Counted from the stretch's first letter, positions 47,284 through 58,360 are shown. The stretch is 64,000 nucleotides of DNA from a virus (IMGVR_UViG_3300029288_000095:32001-96000), one strand, 5' to 3'. Numbers and translations: made by a program. The notes: generated from the sequence alone by a model not told the origin.

Positions 47284-48308
47284 TAAAATATTTATTTTAT
47301 TCGGGACCATATACCTATGCTGAATGGATACTGCCGATATATTATAAGTTAGACGAACCAAAATTATATATAACCAACTGTGAATACACCAGAAAAGAAA
47401 TCGAAAGCAGAAATATGCCGTGCTCTGATATACCGAACAACGAATACATAAAATCAATATATGAAAATAACAATATTGAATGTACCGTTTTTGGCGACGA
47501 AGATATGTCCCAATATATATATCAATACGTTATTCTTAAAAAAGCTAGAAGTCTTTGCCTGGGTCATGGCTTTAATTTTTATGAAAGAAATAGGATAGAA
47601 CAAAAAGTCGATTGGAATTCATATTGTTATAATAACGAAAATATAAACTGGCTTATTGACAAAGGACTTTCCCCAGATAAATTCATATTAACCGGATCGG
47701 CAAAACATGATATTTTATACGACAAACAATGGTTACATGAAAACAGAATAGAAAAACTATATAAACAATACAATGTTATTGACAAAACAAAAGAAATGAT
47801 TCTTTTAGCCCCACACACATTTGGGGAAATAATAACAAAAGAAAACTCTTATGAATTATTATTCGCCGCCTTATCAAAAACAGGCTATAATGTTTTTATA
47901 AAATTACACCCAAGCGAATATTACGGTGAACAAATTATAAAATTGAAAGACTTATGTAAAAAGCATAGTAATATATACATAGCAGATGATCCGGGCATAT
48001 TGAAATTCATGGTTGCCGCAAGCTGTTATGTTGGTAACAAATCTTCGTCTATATTTGAATTTTTGTTTTTTGAGAAACCCATAGTCCTTATTGGCGATCA
48101 TAAAACATATCTTGGCGACAATGAACCTTTTCGCAGAATTAACCTTAACGAAATTACAAATATATGTAATGTAATCGAAGAAGAAAAAAATAATTCATTC
48201 CGAAAAAATATTTTAAAGTTTTATAAAGATCAGTATTTCACAACTAAGGACGGAAATGCGTCTGAAAGATATATTGATATTATAAAAAAAATTGGTAAAT
48301 CAAAATGA
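47280..48308 (+). CDS. CDP-glycerol glycerophosphotransferase (TagF)-like GT-B protein
   Basis: GHG, TGSAKHD, LLAPHT, IKLHP, SSSIFEFL..EKPI, DGNASER. Confidence 0.75.
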   Translation: MIKYLFYSGPYTYAEWILPIYYKLDEPKLYITNCEYTRKEIESRNMPCSDIPNNEYIKSIYENNNIECTVFGDEDMSQYIYQYVILKKARSLCLGHGFNFYERNRIEQKVDWNSYCYNNENINWLIDKGLSPDKFILTGSAKHDILYDKQWLHENRIEKLYKQYNVIDKTKEMILLAPHTFGEIITKENSYELLFAALSKTGYNVFIKLHPSEYYGEQIIKLKDLCKKHSNIYIADDPGILKFMVAASCYVGNKSSSIFEFLFFEKPIVLIGDHKTYLGDNEPFRRINLNEITNICNVIEEEKNNSFRKNILKFYKDQYFTTKDGNASERYIDIIKKIGKSK

Positions 48309-48694
48309 CACGCATAGGATTTACAGTCGGAGTATGGGATTTACTACATAAAGGACATACCAATTTTTTTGATGCTTGTTATAATTATTGTAATTATCTT
48401 ATTGTCGGGATAATGAATGATTATTGGGTTAGGGTACAAAAAGGGCATAGTGGTAGGCCTGTGCAGTCATTACAACTAAGAGTAGAAAAATTAAGATCAA
48501 TTCAAAAAATAAATAAAATAGTTGTATTAGACACGCTAGATATGACACAATATCTTCAAATGGTTGATGTATGGATAAAAGGAAAGGAACAAAAAAATAT
48601 GCGTCCAGAAGATTTTGCAAATTGTATTTATATTGATAGGACTCCAGAAATATCAACCACAGAAATAATAAACAAGGCAGAAACGCAAACATGA
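48305..48694 (+). CDS. cytidylyltransferase (TagD/RfaE domain II-like)
   Basis: GVWDLLHKGH (HxGH), QKG..RP, RTPEISTT. Confidence 0.85.
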   Translation: MTRIGFTVGVWDLLHKGHTNFFDACYNYCNYLIVGIMNDYWVRVQKGHSGRPVQSLQLRVEKLRSIQKINKIVVLDTLDMTQYLQMVDVWIKGKEQKNMRPEDFANCIYIDRTPEISTTEIINKAETQT

Positions 48695-49302
48695 TAAAAG
48701 ATGTATTTGAACGTATTTATAAAAATAATTTGTGGGATAGTCCCGAAAGTAGATCTGGAATAGGAAGCGAAAAAAGACATACTACGGAAATAATAAATGC
48801 AATTTCATATTTATACGAAAATTATAATATCAGAAATATATGTGACGCTGGATGCGGTGACCTTAATTGGTTCCCAGAAATTTTATCAAAGTATAAGGAT
48901 ATAAAATATACAGGAATAGATATTGTATCTAATTTAATTGAAAACCATAAGATAAAGTACCCCGAGCATAGTTTTTTCTGTTCAGAATTAGATTCCTTTA
49001 ACTATAGTAAATATGATTTAATCGTATGTCGTGACGTACTTGTACACCTTCCAAATGAAATGATATTAAAAATAATAAATATGTTTAGGCAATCTAAAAC
49101 AAAATATTTACTTACTACATCATTTATAGCCGAATACGATAATAGTAATATACCCGTAGGGAATTGGCGTCCAATATCGTTAAGTGAAAATCCTTTTAAT
49201 TTTAAGAAAGTAAAAAATATGTTTAGTGAAACGTATTTGGAAAACGGCGAGCCAATCGTTAAATATAAAAGAACTTATCTGTATGATATGGAGGATATGT
49301 AG
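48691..49302 (+). CDS. class I SAM-dependent methyltransferase
   Basis: SGIGS, DAGCGD.NW, YTGIDIV, CRDVLVHL. Confidence 0.85.
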   Translation: MIKDVFERIYKNNLWDSPESRSGIGSEKRHTTEIINAISYLYENYNIRNICDAGCGDLNWFPEILSKYKDIKYTGIDIVSNLIENHKIKYPEHSFFCSELDSFNYSKYDLIVCRDVLVHLPNEMILKIINMFRQSKTKYLLTTSFIAEYDNSNIPVGNWRPISLSENPFNFKKVKNMFSETYLENGEPIVKYKRTYLYDMEDM

Positions 49303-49304
49303 AC

Positions 49305-50030
49305 ATGTCGTCATACTTTTCAATATGTATACCGGCATACGAAATGCATGGAAAGGGATGCGAATATTTATCGTATCTGCTACATACGATATCAATACAA
49401 TCTTTTAAGGATTATGAAATAATAGTGTCTGATCATTCCATCAACGACAATATAAAAAGCATCTGCGCTTGCAGCGCGTTAGCTGAAAAAATAAAATACT
49501 TTAGGTATGAACAAGATCGCGGTAATAGCCCTAGTAATGTTAATAATTGTTTGAATCGCGCAACTGGTGAAGTAATTAAAATAATGTTTCAGGATGATTC
49601 TTTTTGCGGATCTGAAGCTCTGGCTGATATAAAAAGGGTATTCGATTCCAATGTCGTTCAATGGTCGTTATCTTCTTTTTATAGAACTGATTCAAAATCA
49701 AATACATTTGGCGAATATACACCTATAATGCAGACGGTTGGAAATGGAATATTGTATTTTGTGGATCACATGAATACGATCGGATCTCCTAGCGTTATGG
49801 CTTACCGTAATAACAATTTACGTTTTGACACAAACCTTGTAATGTGTATGGATATAGATTTCTATTATCGCATGGGAATAGCATCCGTTCCGTGTATCCT
49901 TACACGCCCCATGATTGGCGTAAGGGAGTGGGAAAATTGTATATCGGCTATAGTTGATCGATCACAAGGTATATCCAATGTAGTCCAAAAAGAAAAACAA
50001 TATCTGGTCAACAAATATGCAGTTAAATGA
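49305..50030 (+). CDS. glycosyltransferase family 2
   Basis: SICIPAYE, EIIVSDHS, MFQDD, IGSPS. Confidence 0.85.
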   Translation: MSSYFSICIPAYEMHGKGCEYLSYLLHTISIQSFKDYEIIVSDHSINDNIKSICACSALAEKIKYFRYEQDRGNSPSNVNNCLNRATGEVIKIMFQDDSFCGSEALADIKRVFDSNVVQWSLSSFYRTDSKSNTFGEYTPIMQTVGNGILYFVDHMNTIGSPSVMAYRNNNLRFDTNLVMCMDIDFYYRMGIASVPCILTRPMIGVREWENCISAIVDRSQGISNVVQKEKQYLVNKYAVK

Positions 50031-50649
50031 AATATTTGACAGAATATATATAATCAATCTTGACGAAATGAAATACAAATATGATCGTAGTCTATTAGAA
50101 TTAAAAAAAATAAATCAAGATAACGTTATTAGGTTTTCCGGTATAAAAATAAATGATGGTAAAACAATAGCAGATCGGCGCAATGGATGCCGGACGAGCC
50201 ATATAAATATTATTAAAGAATGCAAACGTGATGGATTGCACAATGTACTTATTTTTGAAGATGATATAGAAATAGACGAAAAAATAATTTCATACTACGA
50301 AAAAATTAAAAACTTTCTTACGAATAACGAATGGAATTTGTTTTATCTTGGTGGAAACCATAATTATAATAGTTCCGTTAATAGAATATATGATACAAGT
50401 TATCCATACATCAAAATGACAAAGGATACTCTTACCACTCACGCTTACGCTATTAACGCAAATGTTTTTGATGATCTTATCATAAGCGCCGAAAAGCATG
50501 AATACATTGATGGATTTTTAAGAGATTCAATACAACAGCGCGGCAAAAGCTTTTGTATCTATCCGCGTATGATTTCTCAAAGAACTGAATTTAGTTACAT
50601 AGAAAATTCAGATATAGATTATAATAATTTGTTAAAGGACAAGATATGA
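50017..50649 (+). CDS. glycosyltransferase family 25-like
   Basis: YIINLD, GCRTSH, LIFEDD, TTHAYAI. Confidence 0.8.
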   Translation: MQLNEIFDRIYIINLDEMKYKYDRSLLELKKINQDNVIRFSGIKINDGKTIADRRNGCRTSHINIIKECKRDGLHNVLIFEDDIEIDEKIISYYEKIKNFLTNNEWNLFYLGGNHNYNSSVNRIYDTSYPYIKMTKDTLTTHAYAINANVFDDLIISAEKHEYIDGFLRDSIQQRGKSFCIYPRMISQRTEFSYIENSDIDYNNLLKDKI

Positions 50650-51461
50650 TTTCTGTTGATTGCATAATATTTTCAAAAGATCGCGCTGCGCAATTAGACC
50701 TTGCGATAAGAAGTTTACGAGATAATTTCAATGGGTATGGGAATGTAATAGTTTTATATAGATATTCTAATGATGAATATAAGAAAGGATATGACATTGT
50801 GCGTAATACAGATTACGGCTTGTCAATACAATATGTAGAAGAAAAAAATCTTCGTATAGATGCTTTACATTATGCTTACCATGCTACAGCACCATACATA
50901 ATGAATTTCTGCGACGATGATGTATTTATAAATAAAGTGGATCTTTCTGGAATTAACAGTGTGATCGATAATGATACGCATGGCATATCATTAAAGGTTT
51001 CCAAGGCAATAACGTATTGCTATACATCGCGCAACCCGAACATACTTCCAGATTTCGTTTATGATGACGGTAAGTTTATTTCATGGAAATGGGCTACACG
51101 AGAATTATATAGTGATTGGGGATATCCTGGTTGTTTTAACGCAAATATATATCAGAAAGATTATTTCTTATCTATAATGAAAAATGTAAATTTTTATAGT
51201 ATTTCTACATATGAAGATGGTTTCTTGTCACAAAGGGATAAATTTAAAACAAAAATAATAGGATTTTGTGAAGCAAAAGTTATGAATACCCCAGTGAATA
51301 AAGTACAAACAGAAGTACAAAACATTACGGGCGAGCAACACTATTTTTCTATAGAAGTTTTAAACAATCTTTTTTTACAAGGTAAAAGGATATCTACAAA
51401 AAACATATACGGCATAAAATGTAATTCATGCAATTGTGAAATAGATTATAGGATCGAATAG
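50646..51461 (+). CDS. GT-A fold glycosyltransferase
   Basis: IIFSKDRAAQLD, FCDDDVF, DWGYP. Confidence 0.7.
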   Translation: MISVDCIIFSKDRAAQLDLAIRSLRDNFNGYGNVIVLYRYSNDEYKKGYDIVRNTDYGLSIQYVEEKNLRIDALHYAYHATAPYIMNFCDDDVFINKVDLSGINSVIDNDTHGISLKVSKAITYCYTSRNPNILPDFVYDDGKFISWKWATRELYSDWGYPGCFNANIYQKDYFLSIMKNVNFYSISTYEDGFLSQRDKFKTKIIGFCEAKVMNTPVNKVQTEVQNITGEQHYFSIEVLNNLFLQGKRISTKNIYGIKCNSCNCEIDYRIE

Positions 51462-51462
51462 A

Positions 51463-52254
51463 ATGCTAATAACCTTAGTTGATTCTAATTTTGGTGGAAG
51501 ACATGGACGTGGGAATGCTTTCTTTAAATGGGATCAGGGTGAACAAGATATCATGGTTTTTACAGATAACCATCTTGGAGAAGCTGCGAATCACAAAAAT
51601 AAAAAAATGAAAATTGGGTGGCTTGTTGAACCGATAAGTATATCGCCTAATATATATCAGAATATTCCGAGCATGAAACACGATTATGATTATATATTTT
51701 CCAGTAATAAACAATTTATCAAAAGACAAAACGATAAAAAGTTTATGTATGTCCCGTTTGGAACATCTTGGATATTGTCACCGCAAATATATAAAAAGAC
51801 TAAAAACATATCTACGATTGTTTCTGAACAACGCCAGACCGAATGCCGCAGGATGCGCCATGAAATTGTAGCTAAATATAAAAATGTAATTGATGTCTGG
51901 GGTAGGGCTTATAAATTTTGCACTAAAAAAGAAGAAGCTTTATCGGACTATAGATTTTCTATTGTTACCGAAAATGAAATAACTGGCGGGTGGTTCACGG
52001 AAAAGATTGTTGATTGCTTTATGACCGGTACTATACCTATCTACAAGGGAGATCCAGATATAGGAAATATTTTCGATATAAATGGAATAATAACTTTTAA
52101 CACTATGGAGGATTTAGATAAAATAATTACCATGTGCAACGAAGAAGAATATTCTAAAAAAATATCGTCAATAAATAAAAACCTTGAAACGGCAAAAAAA
52201 TATGCGTTACCAGAAGATGTAATCTGGGATTGGGCATTGAGTAAAATATTATGA
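51463..52254 (+). CDS. glycosyltransferase family 10 (fucosyltransferase)-like
   Basis: DYRFSIVTEN...FTEKIVDCFMTGTIPIYKG. Confidence 0.8.
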   Translation: MLITLVDSNFGGRHGRGNAFFKWDQGEQDIMVFTDNHLGEAANHKNKKMKIGWLVEPISISPNIYQNIPSMKHDYDYIFSSNKQFIKRQNDKKFMYVPFGTSWILSPQIYKKTKNISTIVSEQRQTECRRMRHEIVAKYKNVIDVWGRAYKFCTKKEEALSDYRFSIVTENEITGGWFTEKIVDCFMTGTIPIYKGDPDIGNIFDINGIITFNTMEDLDKIITMCNEEEYSKKISSINKNLETAKKYALPEDVIWDWALSKIL

Positions 52255-53084
52255 ACCATCCTATCAATAAGAATTATAAGCTTACCGTTGAAGATATTGC
52301 AAAGTCGTTTCCATATTTTACAATTGTCATCGGGTGTTATAATAAGCAAAACATTATTGGAAAGTGCGTTGAACTATTGCAATTGGCCGGATTGAATCAA
52401 AAGATAATACTTATTGATGATGCTTCCACTGACGGAACATTTAACGAAATAAAAGAAATACCGAATGTTCATGTTATAAAGAATGATACAAATATCGGAT
52501 GGGGTGCTTCAAATAATAAGGCGCTTGCATTAGTTGATACAAAATATGTTGTTTTTATGGACGCGGACTGTTTCGTTGGATCGTTCGGCTGGCTAATAAA
52601 CTGGTATTTGCTTGCTCAAAATAAAAATAATATTGGCGAAAGCGGGGAATTCCATTACTGCAAAAGCTTATATGATATGCCGTATATTTATGATCATTTA
52701 ATAATACAGCCATGGAATAAAAAGATAAATAAGTCAAAAAATAGCATAGAAGACATCGGGCATATCGGTGGTAATTACAAAATATTTGAAACTGATATTA
52801 TAAAAAAATTAGGTGGTTTTTCAGATTCAAGAGATGCAGCATGTGTTGAAGTTACCGTGAGCTTAAAAATAAAAGCAAGCGGGTATGAACTTATGCCATA
52901 CCGTATGTCTGATCGTCTTACGGTGTTAAAAGGTGACCCAATAAATGTTATAAATCAAAAATATGAACAAATGAAACATTCAATTATTAAACAAAAATCA
53001 ATATTGATTGATAATGGTGTAATAAGTGGATTCATAAATAATCCAATCAATTTAGTTTTTGATAAATCAATTTATTCATCGTGA
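52251..53084 (+). CDS. glycosyltransferase family 2
   Basis: IDDASTDGT, NIGWGASNN, FMDAD. Confidence 0.8.
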   Translation: MNHPINKNYKLTVEDIAKSFPYFTIVIGCYNKQNIIGKCVELLQLAGLNQKIILIDDASTDGTFNEIKEIPNVHVIKNDTNIGWGASNNKALALVDTKYVVFMDADCFVGSFGWLINWYLLAQNKNNIGESGEFHYCKSLYDMPYIYDHLIIQPWNKKINKSKNSIEDIGHIGGNYKIFETDIIKKLGGFSDSRDAACVEVTVSLKIKASGYELMPYRMSDRLTVLKGDPINVINQKYEQMKHSIIKQKSILIDNGVISGFINNPINLVFDKSIYSS

Positions 53085-53090
53085 GGTAAC

Positions 53091-53588
53091 ATGCAAGTAG
53101 TGCCTGTATCCAAAGAACATCTTGAAGATTTAATGAACATTCGGAACAACCTTGAAGTCAAGCCGTTTCTGCGACAGGTAGAATTTTGTTCAATTGAAGG
53201 TCAATTGAAATGGTATGACCGTCTGATAAACAGCAATACTACATACGCATTCGCGATCTTTGACTGTGGAACTGTTGCTGGATCATGTTCGATCATAGGT
53301 ATAGACCGCGTGTACGGAAATGCCGAAGTTGGTTGGTTCTTACATCCAGAACATCACGGCAAAGGGCTTTGTTCTGCTGCCGTAAGACATATGTTTGATT
53401 TCGCATTTAATCATCTTCAGTTAAATAGCTTATTTGCGTATGTTTATTCGGATAATGACAAAGGGTTGAAGTTTGCCGAAAAGATGATGAAGAAGGTCGG
53501 TATCCTTCGGAATCGGCGCTGGCGCAATGCCGGCTTTGTTGATGAAGTCGTTTTTGATCTTACAAGGAAAGACTATTATGAAAATTGA
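53091..53588 (+). CDS. GNAT acetyltransferase (RimJ/RimL/PseH-like)
   Basis: AEVGWFLHPEHHGKGL. Confidence 0.85.
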   Translation: MQVVPVSKEHLEDLMNIRNNLEVKPFLRQVEFCSIEGQLKWYDRLINSNTTYAFAIFDCGTVAGSCSIIGIDRVYGNAEVGWFLHPEHHGKGLCSAAVRHMFDFAFNHLQLNSLFAYVYSDNDKGLKFAEKMMKKVGILRNRRWRNAGFVDEVVFDLTRKDYYEN

Positions 53589-54669
53589 TTTTATAGACGT
53601 AAAGAAAAACAACAAACGGTTCACGGGTAAAATACTGAAAAGTATCAAGTCGGTTATCAAGTCAGGCAATTATATTCTTGGTAAAAACCTTGAATCGTTT
53701 GAACAATTATTCGCGAAGTATTGTGGTGCGAAATACGCCGTTGGCGTAAATTCTGGTACAGACGCATTGAAGTATTCACTATTGGCTGCTGGCGTATCTT
53801 TTGGTAATGTGGCTACGGTAAGTTTCACATTCCCCGCAACTGTTATGAGTATACTTAGCGCCGGCGCAATTCCGCAATTCATAGATATAGATCCCCAGAC
53901 GGGATTGATGGATATAGAAGATCTGAAAAGAAAAATAAATAAAGATACGAAAGCCATCATGCCTGTTCACTTCATGGGGCATCCATGTGATATGGATAGC
54001 ATAAATAAGATCGCGCATAAATACGGTATTCCCGTAATTGAAGATGCTTGCCAAGCAGTGGGATCTACGTATCACGGACGCCGCGCTGGTGCGCTTGGCG
54101 ATTTTGGTTGCTTCAGCTTTTTCCCGACAAAAAATCTTAGCTGTATCGGTGATGGCGGCGCAATAACTACGAACGACGAAAAGATGTATAAACGACTTCT
54201 GCTTCTTAGAAACTTTGGACGTAAAGATCGTGAAGAGTTTGATTCGCTTGGTTACAATAGTAGATTAGATGAAGTGCAAGCAGCCGTATTGAATATTAAA
54301 TTACCGTTGCTTGATTATTGGAATAATATCAGAAACGACAATGCGGATTATTACAATAAGAATATGGTGAACGGCATTGTTCCCGTTATGCCGTTACATG
54401 ATACGCGAAGCGCATATCATATCTACGCGGTACGGGTTAAAGACAATAAAAGTTTTGAAAAGCGGATGAATGAAAAAGGCGTTGATTGCCGGACGCATTA
54501 TTCAATACCAGTGCATAAACACAAGTTCTGTAAATCTTTCTATGAAAAATTGCCGGGGACTGATCTGCTTAGTAGCCAGACGCTATCTTTACCGATGAAT
54601 GAAAATACAAAACGGCGTGAACAAGCCTATGTACTCAAATGCCTTATGGAGTGTCGGAATGAACTATAA
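53578..54669 (+). CDS. DegT/DnrJ/EryC1/StrS sugar aminotransferase
   Basis: NSGTDAL, IEDACQA, SFFPTKNL (PLP Lys), GYNSRLDEVQAA; track 53527..54669. Confidence 0.9.
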   Translation: MKIDFIDVKKNNKRFTGKILKSIKSVIKSGNYILGKNLESFEQLFAKYCGAKYAVGVNSGTDALKYSLLAAGVSFGNVATVSFTFPATVMSILSAGAIPQFIDIDPQTGLMDIEDLKRKINKDTKAIMPVHFMGHPCDMDSINKIAHKYGIPVIEDACQAVGSTYHGRRAGALGDFGCFSFFPTKNLSCIGDGGAITTNDEKMYKRLLLLRNFGRKDREEFDSLGYNSRLDEVQAAVLNIKLPLLDYWNNIRNDNADYYNKNMVNGIVPVMPLHDTRSAYHIYAVRVKDNKSFEKRMNEKGVDCRTHYSIPVHKHKFCKSFYEKLPGTDLLSSQTLSLPMNENTKRREQAYVLKCLMECRNEL

Positions 54670-55588
54670 GATTGATTATGCGATGATCGAACCGACTACA
54701 GCATGTAATCTAAGATGCAAGACATGTACACGCGATTCTATGGTAAGAAGCGATGGGCTTCCAATAGGACACATAACAATAAAAAATCTTGAAACGATAA
54801 AACAACAATTGCCTGATCTAAAGCACATAAGGTTTCACGGTATGGGAGAAATATTCATTATACCGAATCATATGGAATTACTTGAAAAGCTTCGCCAGCT
54901 TTATCCAAATGCATTTATTGAAATAGTAACCAATGGTCAATATAAAGACATTGATACGAAAAAAGTTACGAAGCTTGTAAACCATATAACGTTTTCAGTT
55001 GATGCCGCCGATAAGAAAAAATATGAAGAATTGCGTACTGGAGCAAAATGGGAAGTTTTACATAATAATATAAATCAACTTGTACCGAACAATACTACTG
55101 CAAACATAGAAATCAATTTTGTCTGGAGTGGGCTTAATTTGTATTCAATAATTGATATGCCGCCACTTGTAAAAAGATTCGGTATCAATACTATGCGCGT
55201 AAATCTTGTGCAAGATTGGGATAAAGTTTTGACTTCTGATATTTTATTTTATAAGCAAAATTTAAAAGAAATATTTATAAGGGCAAAAGAAAATGCAGAC
55301 AAGCGTGGCGTTAAACTTATTCTTATGGGAAATCCAGATTTTGAAATGACATCGTGCGAATGGATGAATAATAGAATATTTATAACGTTTGATGGTGAAA
55401 TTCTTCCATGCTGTATGAAACAAGATAGAAAAATGTCATTCGGGAATATATATAAAGACAGTATAAACAACATATGGGATTCGGATAAAATAAATATGTC
55501 ACGCCAGTTTAAAAGCGCTGGGTCATACAGAATTTGTGCTGATTGCCCATACATTGAAAATAAACAATACCTAAAGGATATTTTATGA
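54659..55588 (+). CDS. radical SAM protein with SPASM/twitch domain
   Basis: CNLRCKTC; C-terminal C...PCC...FGNI...CADC. Confidence 0.9.
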   Translation: MNYKIDYAMIEPTTACNLRCKTCTRDSMVRSDGLPIGHITIKNLETIKQQLPDLKHIRFHGMGEIFIIPNHMELLEKLRQLYPNAFIEIVTNGQYKDIDTKKVTKLVNHITFSVDAADKKKYEELRTGAKWEVLHNNINQLVPNNTTANIEINFVWSGLNLYSIIDMPPLVKRFGINTMRVNLVQDWDKVLTSDILFYKQNLKEIFIRAKENADKRGVKLILMGNPDFEMTSCEWMNNRIFITFDGEILPCCMKQDRKMSFGNIYKDSINNIWDSDKINMSRQFKSAGSYRICADCPYIENKQYLKDIL

Positions 55589-56841
55589 AAATACTTATAC
55601 TTGGCGGCGGATTATCTGGATGTACGCTTGCATATTTGTTAAAACAAAAAAATGCAAATAATGAAATCACGATTATAGAACAAGACGATGGGCTTGGCGG
55701 TCTATGCCAAACGAAGAACAAAGACGGGATCAATTATGAACTTGGTCCGCATATTCTTTTTACACATCGTGAAAATCTGAAACAATTCTTTCAACAATTC
55801 ATTTATAGTAAAGAAAAACAGTTCTATCAATACATCAGCATTGACGGCAAACTTGATAATCTCAGGCACTTTCCCGTGACGATTGATGATGTTGTTGATC
55901 TTGACCGAAATGCCGCTAAAGAATTGTACCACTTAGAACTTTCTAAACCAGATTATTCGTCATTGGAATCATTTCTTCTTTCGCAAGTCGGTCGAACGGC
56001 ATACGAATATTTCTTTAAGAATTATAATATCAAACAGTGGGGTATCCATCCGCGAAAGATGGAAACCGACTGGGCCAAACAGCGGAGGATGTTCTTGCGT
56101 GATACAGTGTCTACCGTATTCGGAGAACGCTGGCAAGGACACCCAGGTTCATATAATAAATTATTTGAATCGCTGTCAAAAGACATAAAGATAATTAACG
56201 AACAAGTCACAAGCATTGATTTCAATAACCAATGCGTGTTGACAAACAAAGACACCCATAAGTATGATTTTGTTTTCAATACAACGCCAATCGATTATCT
56301 TATACATCGAAAAAGTCTACTAAAATATCGTGGCATATTTTGGGTTTATGTCGTGCTCGGAGCTGAATATGTATTACCGACGTATCTGACCTCGTTTCCG
56401 AATAACCATAATTTTACACGCATCATGGAATACAAACACGCATCACAGCAGATCGTAGATGGCAAGACGATAATAGGGTTTGAATTTCCTTATGAAGCAT
56501 CGGATCAATCCGAACCATCATCTGCTACATTTATCACGGAAGCTTTAGATTTCGTTAAACAGTATTTTCCAGACAAGTATATATCTCATTTTGTAGATGA
56601 TCGCCGGCTTGCATATCCGGTTTCTGAAAAAGCGAATAATGATGTTTTCTGGAAAATTATAAATGAAAGCTTAGAAAAGAATTTCATAACGCTTGGTAGG
56701 CTTGGTCTGTATTCTTATATATCCATGGATACTTGCGTAGATCAATGTCAACAAGCAATGGACATATTTGAAAAATGGAATAATCTTTCTAATGATGAAA
56801 AGATAACATTTTATAAAAATCTAAGGTCACAACAGACATGA
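55585..56841 (+). CDS. glf: UDP-galactopyranose mutase-like FAD oxidoreductase
   Basis: GGGLSG, GPHILFT, YNIKQWG, TRIMEYKH, AYP, GRLGLYSY..MD. Confidence 0.7.
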   Translation: MKILILGGGLSGCTLAYLLKQKNANNEITIIEQDDGLGGLCQTKNKDGINYELGPHILFTHRENLKQFFQQFIYSKEKQFYQYISIDGKLDNLRHFPVTIDDVVDLDRNAAKELYHLELSKPDYSSLESFLLSQVGRTAYEYFFKNYNIKQWGIHPRKMETDWAKQRRMFLRDTVSTVFGERWQGHPGSYNKLFESLSKDIKIINEQVTSIDFNNQCVLTNKDTHKYDFVFNTTPIDYLIHRKSLLKYRGIFWVYVVLGAEYVLPTYLTSFPNNHNFTRIMEYKHASQQIVDGKTIIGFEFPYEASDQSEPSSATFITEALDFVKQYFPDKYISHFVDDRRLAYPVSEKANNDVFWKIINESLEKNFITLGRLGLYSYISMDTCVDQCQQAMDIFEKWNNLSNDEKITFYKNLRSQQT

Positions 56842-57557
56842 ACGCATTTTATTATTGGAAGTCAAAAGAATTCAATCTACTGAATGTATATTCGGTGTTA
56901 ACTCTTTCATTTAATACGAGCGTCGAAAATATTTATATATACCATGATATAAAAATATTTCCAAATAATATTTACTGGTATATGCTAAATTATATACCCA
57001 AAGTTATTATTACTCCAGTTCAGTCGGCAACAAACGGAATGGCGCATATAGGTCAACCGTATGATATGAAATCTGTATTTGAATATTCTGCCATTGCTGA
57101 ATTTCTTTTGATGCAGCAAAGCCCATGTTTGGCGGTAAGCTTTGACAGCTTATTCTTGAAAGACATCTGCGATATAAACCGTATGCAGCCATTTTTTGGA
57201 AATGGCGAAATCTATCCAAGTCTATTTTATTTTAGGGAAAATAATTGGAATTTGAAAAAAATAGTTAAACGCATAACAAAAGAAAATTACACGTATGATA
57301 AGCTATTTGAGTTTATAAATAAGAAATTTAAACATAAGAAAAACGGCGATACGGTTTGGCTACATACGGCGAACTTCGCTATGCCTAAAGGATTATATGT
57401 AGCAAGCATGAATGGCGAAGATGGATTCGCGCTATTTGATGAAGATGATTTCTATTTGAAATTACACGTCAATTTATTCAAGGCGCTGGAAACGCTATTA
57501 AACAAATGCCAAAAAAAAGAAAACTACAAGCAGATCGTCCAAGCCATATCACTTTAA
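56838..57557 (+). CDS. hypothetical protein, possibly degenerate glycosyltransferase
   Basis: 239 aa within the glycan cluster. Confidence 0.55.
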   Translation: MNAFYYWKSKEFNLLNVYSVLTLSFNTSVENIYIYHDIKIFPNNIYWYMLNYIPKVIITPVQSATNGMAHIGQPYDMKSVFEYSAIAEFLLMQQSPCLAVSFDSLFLKDICDINRMQPFFGNGEIYPSLFYFRENNWNLKKIVKRITKENYTYDKLFEFINKKFKHKKNGDTVWLHTANFAMPKGLYVASMNGEDGFALFDEDDFYLKLHVNLFKALETLLNKCQKKENYKQIVQAISL

Positions 57558-58360
57558 GCGCCGTTATGATCGTTCAGAACGCCGAAGACATAGTAGGCTA
57601 TTCTGTAACAAGCCTATTGGCTGAATGCGATGAAGTCGTTATCGTAGACGGTATCGGTCATGATAGAACAGAACAGATTATCCGCGATAAGGCTAAAGAA
57701 CTTAACGCCGAAAGTAAGCTGAAGTATTTTAAGAATAGGTTTGTTACTTTCAACGAACAGCGTAACTTTTATCTAAAACATGCCACATCTTCATACGTGT
57801 TATACTGTGATAGCGATGAAGTAATCACCGTAGAACACCTTAAAAACATACGCGCCAAGATGGGTAAATACGATCTGATTTTGGTGCATTCAAATCACTT
57901 CTATATTGACTTCCATCATATCATAACGGGCGGCGGATGGGATAGTAGCTACCTTATGCCCAGATGCTTCAGAAACCTTAAAGGAAGGCTATCTTATGCG
58001 CCACACGCGCCTAATGCCGGCGACCACGATCTTATGGTAGATGCCACGCAAGGCTGTAGGGGCTTCTGGCAAGCGTCACAGTGCGTCTGTAGCAAGTCTG
58101 AAGCGGTTGTATACCATTATGGCTATGCGCTGTCTAAAGATCGTTCTATGCGCATGATGCAGTTCTTTTTGAAGTATAATTCTCCTGAAATACCTAAAGA
58201 ACAGTACATTGATATTATTAATAAGCATCCCTATTTTAATCCGAAAACGTGGGAACAGGGAGCTAACCCGAACGACAAGATAATATGTAAATATGCGGGA
58301 TATCACCCAGATATTATGAAGACGCACCCTATGTATAATGTGGTTGTTATCAAAGACTAA
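57506..58360 (+). CDS. glycosyltransferase family 2 (KdtX-like)
   Basis: LSAVMIVQNAE, DEVVIVD, QRNF, CDSDE, HYGY. Confidence 0.85.
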   Translation: MPKKRKLQADRPSHITLSAVMIVQNAEDIVGYSVTSLLAECDEVVIVDGIGHDRTEQIIRDKAKELNAESKLKYFKNRFVTFNEQRNFYLKHATSSYVLYCDSDEVITVEHLKNIRAKMGKYDLILVHSNHFYIDFHHIITGGGWDSSYLMPRCFRNLKGRLSYAPHAPNAGDHDLMVDATQGCRGFWQASQCVCSKSEAVVYHYGYALSKDRSMRMMQFFLKYNSPEIPKEQYIDIINKHPYFNPKTWEQGANPNDKIICKYAGYHPDIMKTHPMYNVVVIKD

